Of a stretch of 20,000 nt of DNA, positions 16,210-20,000 are shown in pieces. Position numbers and translations under genes: made by a program. Position 1 is the stretch's first letter. Each line of letters opens with the position of its first letter. Location of the stretch: the IMG/VR virus record IMGVR_UViG_3300025128_008688; one strand, given 5' to 3'. Origin of the DNA: an uncultured virus (IMG/VR IMGVR_UViG_3300025128_008688). Taxonomy: Duplodnaviria > Heunggongvirae > Uroviricota > Caudoviricetes. Below the pieces are notes generated by a model. The model was not told where the DNA came from and ran no database searches. It was given only the letters and a program-made list of their open reading frames with translations.

Positions 16210-16266
16210 CTGTCAAAATGGCAGTTGGGCCGGCCCCAGCGGCTTGTTGAGACTGAATCTCAATAA
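16210..16266 (+). repeat. Tripartite palindromic repeat copy 4
   Basis: CTGTCA-AAA-TGGCAG, GGGC-CG-GCCC, TTGTTGAGA-CTGAA-TCTCAATAA, A-tract. Confidence 0.92.
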
Positions 16267-16318
16267 GAAAAAACTTCTATCTTTTTCCCTGAAAATGACT
16301 GGATTGGGTGGATTTCTT

Positions 16319-16347
16319 TTGCAATATATGCCGATATATATTATACT
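16319..16347 (+). promoter_or_regulatory. Sigma70 promoter with GCCGATAT in spacer
   Basis: TTGCAA-17-TATACT; GCCGATAT at 16330; no TAAAG upstream. Confidence 0.7.
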
Positions 16348-16376
16348 GGAGGGGTACTCAAGAGAAAGGTAACAAT

Positions 16377-16541
16377 ATGAGCTACGAAGAAATTTATGAA
16401 TCAGGCAAGACGGCAGGATACAACGGACTACCGGCAGGTAGTAATCCATACGACCGAGATTTTGAACCGGAAGAAAATAACTATTGGTTCATGGGGTGGA
16501 TAGCAGTAAGACAGGGAAAAGAAACCTTAGACTTTTCCTGA
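16377..16541 (+). CDS. Ribosome modulation factor (Rmf/CrpP)-fold-like protein (54 aa)
   Basis: YESGKTAGYNG...NPY...YWFMGW matches the Rmf pattern G..AG..G...PY...W..GW; GAAAGGT RBS. Confidence 0.6.
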   Translation: MSYEEIYESGKTAGYNGLPAGSNPYDRDFEPEENNYWFMGWIAVRQGKETLDFS

Positions 16542-16559
16542 AAATAATTCAGACTGCTA

Positions 16560-16588
16560 TTGACAAACGGCTAACTTTATGGTATAAT
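16560..16588 (+). promoter_or_regulatory. Consensus sigma70 promoter with extended -10
   Basis: TTGACA-17-TATAAT with TGn. Confidence 0.85.
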
Positions 16589-16616
16589 AGGGTTATCTTA
16601 AACGAAAGGAAATAAG

Positions 16617-16928
16617 ATGAGCTACTTCAAATTCAGACAGAACAATTCGTTCGGTCACTTCGTCGGGACTCCGTTGGTATTTGTTCAGGCAGATAATGCC
16701 ATAGATGCCAACCGTGTTGCACAGGATCACGGTGTCTACTTCAACGGCGTAGCCGATGGCGTTGACTGTGATTGCTGTGGTGATCGTTGGTATCCTGTTC
16801 AGGATGACGACGCACAGGATCAGCCTAAATCATACGGTTATGGTGGTGGTGTTACTGTCTACAGTGACGGTGATAATTACATGGACTACAGTGGAAAAAA
16901 CTGGCCTGTAAAAGTAATCCAAAAATAA
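16617..16928 (+). CDS. Conserved-type phage protein with CDCCGDRW motif (103 aa)
   Basis: FRQNNSFG...GVYFNGVADGVDCDCCGDRWY is a pattern recurrent in phage hypothetical proteins; AACGAAAGGAAA leader. Confidence 0.78.
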   Translation: MSYFKFRQNNSFGHFVGTPLVFVQADNAIDANRVAQDHGVYFNGVADGVDCDCCGDRWYPVQDDDAQDQPKSYGYGGGVTVYSDGDNYMDYSGKNWPVKVIQK

Positions 16929-16941
16929 TAGTTTTTTGGGC

Positions 16942-16970
16942 TTGCAAATTGATTCCCGCTATGGTAAAAT
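16942..16970 (+). promoter_or_regulatory. Sigma70 promoter with extended -10
   Basis: TTGCAA-17-TAAAAT with TGn. Confidence 0.7.
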
Positions 16971-17003
16971 CGTAGTATACAAAACAACAACAAAGGAAAA
17001 GTT

Positions 17004-17366
17004 ATGAACGAAACAACTAAAAAAATGCTCGCTGAACTAGATGCCGCTATCCTTGAGTGCCTATGGGTTCCTAATGAGTCCCTACCCGAGGAATTCCAAG
17101 ACAATCGCGAAGGCGGCAAGACGTTGAAACGACTTCACAAACAGCTTCAGCCGGAGCAGGAAGTTGACCCAAGACAGGCACACGTTGTCATATCCAATGG
17201 TCAGATTAAATACGGCAATCAGGAAAGAATCGACGTACTAAATAAATATCAGGCAGACGTTGAGGCTGGCCGTGAAATTGAATACGATGTTAACGAGTAC
17301 AAGCTACATAAAAACCTTATGGCGTTTTGCTCGGCTATGAATGTTGACTTGGAGCCTGAAGAATGA
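17004..17366 (+). CDS. Hypothetical protein (120 aa)
   Basis: AAAGGA RBS; ORF track. Confidence 0.75.
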   Translation: MNETTKKMLAELDAAILECLWVPNESLPEEFQDNREGGKTLKRLHKQLQPEQEVDPRQAHVVISNGQIKYGNQERIDVLNKYQADVEAGREIEYDVNEYKLHKNLMAFCSAMNVDLEPEE

Positions 17367-17430
17367 TTGTAAAGATAATTATAATTTGCACACTAAGTTT
17401 AATGTTTTACCCCAGCGAAGGAGTTTAAAG

Positions 17431-17712
17431 ATGTCTATAGAGATTAAAGAAGAAACATTGTTGGCAGTAGTAGAGAAGGCAATGCAATCAGACCCCATGG
17501 AATACTGCGGTAGATTCCTAGAGGAACACAAGAGCGTAGCCGAACCACTTTCGACGCTAGCTGTCAACCTTGCCCAGTTGGTAACCGATGGTGACGACAT
17601 GGAAAATCTAATAATGGCATCGACCGCAATCAGTTCCGCTATGTTCATGACTTATGAAATGGCAAACGCAGAAGTCGAAGCCAAAGAGCTAGAGGAGTTA
17701 TTCGATGCGTAA
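17431..17712 (+). CDS. Acidic helical hypothetical protein (93 aa)
   Basis: ATG 17431 after AAGGAG. Confidence 0.72.
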   Translation: MSIEIKEETLLAVVEKAMQSDPMEYCGRFLEEHKSVAEPLSTLAVNLAQLVTDGDDMENLIMASTAISSAMFMTYEMANAEVEAKELEELFDA

Positions 17713-17866
17713 AAAAACAAAGAAATTAATTATTAAGGCCGAAGACATTAAAGTGTCAACAGGTCATCGCCAGCACTTCACTGGTACGGGAGCGTGGGAC
17801 AATCGCCCGAAACGTCAACGCACTCGATCCGCACAATCTCGGGCAACTATGAAGGAGTACCAATAA
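17705..17866 (+). CDS. Small basic protein (53 aa), not in ORF track
   Basis: MRKKTKKLIIKAEDIKVSTGHRQHFTGTGAWDNRPKRQRTRSAQSRATMKEYQ; GAGGAG RBS. Confidence 0.65.
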   Translation: MRKKTKKLIIKAEDIKVSTGHRQHFTGTGAWDNRPKRQRTRSAQSRATMKEYQ

Positions 17867-18046
17867 ATGGTTACTGCAATTCTAAAGGCCGGTACGCCGG
17901 TTGAGTTCACCCTCACGGGTATCGCTGGCACGGTCAAAGCGATTCAGAATGACCGAGTTCTCATTGAGAACGCTAAAGGGGAAACCCTAAACCCAAGCCT
18001 AGCCGATGTTCTGGTGATGGTCAAGTCTGGATCGTTAAAAGTATAG
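17867..18046 (+). CDS. Small KOW/SH3-like protein (59 aa), not in ORF track
   Basis: MVTAILKAGTPVEFTLTGIAGTVKAIQNDRVLIENAKGE...; AAGGAG RBS. Confidence 0.65.
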   Translation: MVTAILKAGTPVEFTLTGIAGTVKAIQNDRVLIENAKGETLNPSLADVLVMVKSGSLKV

Positions 18047-18060
18047 ACTTCGTTGTGCGG

Positions 18061-18110
18061 TGTCCCTGCCGGTTGGTTTTTGAACTTGCGACTAGCCGGT
18101 AGGGATAACA
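18061..18110 (+). terminator. Long hairpin related in sequence to the 13780 terminator
   Basis: TGTCCCTGCCGGTTGGT...ACTAGCCGGTAGGGATA; lacks a U-tract. Confidence 0.5.
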
Positions 18111-18116
18111 ACGAGA

Positions 18117-18174
18117 CTGCCAAAATGGCAGCTGGGGCCCGCCCAAAGTCCTTATTGAGACTCTATCTCATTAG
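18117..18174 (+). repeat. Tripartite palindromic repeat copy 5
   Basis: CTGCCA-AAA-TGGCAG, GGGC-CC-GCCC, TTATTGAGA-CTCTA-TCTCATTAG, A-tract. Confidence 0.92.
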
Positions 18175-18194
18175 GAAAAAATCTAAAGATTGAT

Positions 18195-18235
18195 TAAAGA
18201 TTCTATTTGCAATATGCCGATGTATATAATATAAT
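18195..18235 (+). promoter_or_regulatory. Composite sigma70 / sigma28-like promoter
   Basis: TAAAG(18195)-16-GCCGATGT; TTGCAA(18207)-17-TATAAT. Confidence 0.75.
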
Positions 18236-18240
18236 GAAAT

Positions 18241-18380
18241 TGTAAGACAGGCGGCACGCAGTTAGCCAAGCAGGGAAACCGTCAGTCACGCAGTAAGTCG
18301 TGTCCTCTGTCTTGCCCAAGATAGCTTGCTTGACTGTTTTACATACTGTTTAGCACGCGAGTTTACCACGACAGTTTTTC
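18241..18380 (+). ncRNA. Candidate structured small RNA
   Basis: Starts at the expected +1 of a strong promoter and lacks the GAAAGGA RBS/ORF arrangement; several complementary segments; ends at ACTGT...ACAGT + TTTTT. Confidence 0.45.
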
Positions 18381-18402
18381 ACTAGAGTTTTCCGAAAAAT
18401 CC

Positions 18403-18443
18403 TAAAGTTCCCCCTTGACAATAGCCGATATATATGGTATACT
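18403..18443 (+). promoter_or_regulatory. Composite sigma70 / sigma28-like promoter
   Basis: TAAAG(18403)-16-GCCGATAT; TTGACA(18415)-17-TATACT with TGn. Confidence 0.85.
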
Positions 18444-18467
18444 GAAAGAGAAAGAAAGGGAGACAAA

Positions 18468-18869
18468 ATGATAGATAGAAACAAAAGAGTATATGTTTAC
18501 TTCAATCTGCATCGCAAGTGTTTCAGTGTTAGACAAGGTACGCGAGTTGTAGAGCATACAAATCAGGTTTGCTTAAAGGATGTTAGGTACATGGTTCAGC
18601 CGGCAGGTAGAGCTAAGGTACTAAAAGAGAAGAAGAAGAATGTCCACGCTGGATTGTCGGGCTACTATGTTGACCGTGTTCCAGTTCCGGCAGTTAGTTT
18701 TGATGTTACATACAACCCATACAAATACGATTCATTCGTAGATACTCAGGATCATGAAGCTCAGGAATGGTCAGAGTATGCCCACCTTACATGTGGAGAT
18801 GGGTGGAGAAACATAGAAGCGATATTTACTCGGGAATATTTTCAGGAAAAAGTTAAAGTTCCTGCTTGA
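18468..18869 (+). CDS. Conserved-type phage hypothetical protein (133 aa)
   Basis: VYVYFNLHRKCFSVR...AGRAKVLKEKKKNVHA...YNPYK is a pattern recurrent in phage genomes; GGGAG RBS. Confidence 0.8.
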   Translation: MIDRNKRVYVYFNLHRKCFSVRQGTRVVEHTNQVCLKDVRYMVQPAGRAKVLKEKKKNVHAGLSGYYVDRVPVPAVSFDVTYNPYKYDSFVDTQDHEAQEWSEYAHLTCGDGWRNIEAIFTREYFQEKVKVPA

Positions 18870-18894
18870 CAAATGCCGATATATATTATATAAT
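18854..18894 (+). promoter_or_regulatory. Composite sigma70 / sigma28-like promoter overlapping the stop of the previous gene
   Basis: TAAAG(18854)-16-GCCGATAT; TTGACA(18866)-17-TATAAT. Confidence 0.85.
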
Positions 18895-18932
18895 GAAAGA
18901 GTTCAACAGTTAGTTTTTTTAGGGAGAATCGA

Positions 18933-19196
18933 ATGAAGATTCAAAAGACAGAGGCATTAGCCTTAAGTTTCGGAAACGAAGTATACACTAATACTTATGT
19001 TTCAAATTATTCTGGTGAGACTGAAATCAAGTTTCACGATTATCAGAGTGATGGCGCAGAGTTCAAGGTAAATATCAATGTGCCAATCGAAACAGCTCGT
19101 TCTATCCTTAATGAGTTGCAACAGGATCTTGAAAACTACGATGCTTTTCAAGCCAAGAAAGCTCAGGAAGCCATAGCCGAAGCTACAGAAGAGTAA
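18933..19196 (+). CDS. Hypothetical protein (87 aa)
   Basis: GGGAG RBS; ORF track. Confidence 0.75.
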   Translation: MKIQKTEALALSFGNEVYTNTYVSNYSGETEIKFHDYQSDGAEFKVNINVPIETARSILNELQQDLENYDAFQAKKAQEAIAEATEE

Positions 19197-19276
19197 CCCT
19201 TTCGTGAGTCGTGGCGGACTATAAAACGCCATTTTACAAAGTTTACTATTTTTTTCTAAGACTAGGAGAAGTTATT

Positions 19277-19462
19277 ATGAAAGCTGTTAAAGGAAACCTT
19301 TTTGCCGTGGAAATCAAAGGCAAAGTAAATACCACCAACCGTAGCCGTGACCAATGGGCACAGATTACTGATGCTCGAAGTGGCAGAGTTCTGCACACTG
19401 GTCAACCTCGCTACATCAAGCGAGTGGCTAAGGCTAAGTACAACACACTGTTGGACATCTAG
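19277..19462 (+). CDS. Basic hypothetical protein (61 aa)
   Basis: ATG 19277 after AGGAG. Confidence 0.7.
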   Translation: MKAVKGNLFAVEIKGKVNTTNRSRDQWAQITDARSGRVLHTGQPRYIKRVAKAKYNTLLDI

Positions 19463-19474
19463 TCTTAGGATGGG

Positions 19475-19518
19475 ATTGCCGCCCTGTAAGTCATGAGAAT
19501 GCGTGGGCGGTAATTTTT
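19475..19518 (+). terminator. Probable Rho-independent terminator
   Basis: ATTGCCGCCC...GGGCGGTAAT followed by TTTT; large loop. Confidence 0.6.
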
Positions 19519-19606
19519 AATACAAAGATAAAACAGAGTAGCCCAATTAAAGCCTCCTTGATGAAGGGTGAAAAGGGTGACGGCTTAACCCCTACTCTAT
19601 TTTTGT

Positions 19607-19664
19607 CTGCCAAAATGACAGTTGGGGCCGGCCCGGCCCGCTTATTGAGACCCAGTCTCATTAA
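19607..19664 (+). repeat. Tripartite palindromic repeat copy 6
   Basis: CTGCCA-AAA-TGACAG, GGGC-CG-GCCC, TTATTGAGA-CCCAG-TCTCATTAA, A-tract. Confidence 0.92.
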
Positions 19665-19705
19665 GAAAAAAAGATTGCCTATTCCGAAAAAACAAATGGT
19701 TTTGA

Positions 19706-19746
19706 TATAGTTTTAGTTTGCAAATGGACGATATATATAGTATACT
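19706..19746 (+). promoter_or_regulatory. Composite sigma70 / degenerate sigma28-like promoter
   Basis: TATAG-16-GACGATAT; TTGCAA(19718)-17-TATACT. Confidence 0.7.
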
Positions 19747-19781
19747 GGTAGTATAACCAAAACGCAAAAGGGAGAAACACA

Positions 19782-20000
19782 ATGCTAAAATTCAGCAAAG
19801 CTAATGCCAAAACGCAAGCACTCAAAAACGATTCAGAGTTAGCAGACTACTTGACAGACAAGCGTAAAATTTATTCGTTAGATTTACTCAGTGGCTACTC
19901 GTGCCCATATGCTGAAAAATGTTTATCTAAGGCAGTAGTTCAGCCTAATGGTAAACGTAAAATTAAAGATGGTAAGAAAACAGAGTTTCGTTGCTTCTCA
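19782..20000 (+). CDS. GP88-like (radical-SAM-related) phage protein, N-terminal part
   Basis: MLKFSKANAK...IYSLDLLSGYSCPYAEKCLSK...FRCFS matches the GP88-type pattern (N-K, F/L-L-xG-xCP-A-xxC...C); GGGAG RBS. Confidence 0.65.
   Translation, partial: MLKFSKANAKTQALKNDSELADYLTDKRKIYSLDLLSGYSCPYAEKCLSKAVVQPNGKRKIKDGKKTEFRCFS

Noticed and set aside
10947..19232. Minus-strand and alternative-frame ORFs in the right half (e.g. 12238-12777, 14097-14501, 14173-14532, 14936-15139, 16073-16372)
   Set aside because: They cross promoters and repeats, lack RBSs, and overlap plus-strand ORFs that have promoter and RBS support.
19555..19575. TTGATGA...GAAA as a hammerhead ribozyme core
   Set aside because: The core must be CUGANGA, and no stem II can form between TGATGA and GAAA.
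12159..19635. Box B as a conserved restriction-site decoy (e.g. GGCCGGCC)
   Set aside because: The central dinucleotide varies (CG/CC/GG), so no 6-8-bp recognition site is kept in all copies.
12142..19664. Dispersed repeats as a CRISPR array
   Set aside because: Units are 0.65-1.9 kb apart and enclose whole genes and promoters; the copies are degenerate; no cas genes are in the window.
12142..19664. Repeats as integron attC sites
   Set aside because: GTTGGGC (GTTRRRY) occurs only in copies 1 and 4. There is no matching RYYYAAC inverse core or long bottom-strand hairpin, no integrase in the window, and the cassettes carry their own promoters.
1..20000. Stop-codon reassignment or tRNA genes
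   Set aside because: Large genes are intact in code 11, and TAA, TAG and TGA all end genes sensibly. The small ORFs have their own RBSs and promoters, so they are not fragments. No cloverleaf or T-loop signature was seen.

Overview
Fragment of a large tailed dsDNA bacteriophage genome with two very different halves. Positions 1-10293 (minus strand) form a compact late DNA-packaging and head module. In transcription order it reads: small acidic ORF, sigma70-family sigma factor with a Cys cluster, HTH/coiled-coil protein (candidate TerS), GDP-mannose 4,6-dehydratase, HNH nuclease, ERCC4-type nuclease, TerL, portal, small Pro/Ala/Glu protein, protease-scaffold, decoration protein, and the start of the probable major capsid protein. 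Three gene starts there are preceded by a GTGTA-W-rich motif. A divergent HTH gene and a SAM methyltransferase follow (10378-11341). Positions ~11680-20000 (plus strand) look like an early/host-takeover region of about 30 tiny ORFs with a very regular regulatory grammar. (1) Six dispersed ~57-bp repeats each carry three palindromic boxes: CTGYCA-W3-TGRCAG, GGGC-SS-GCCC and TTRWTGAGAC-N3-RTCTCAWTAR, followed by an A-tract. (2) Twelve or more sigma70 promoters have exact 17-bp spacers, and many are interleaved with sigma28-like TAAAG-N15/16-GCCGATA elements. (3) A third promoter class carries a GTGAC-N7-GTCAC palindrome. (4) One consensus sigma54 promoter opens the region. (5) One promoter appears to drive a structured non-coding RNA. 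Functional calls come from motif recognition by eye; no database searches were run.
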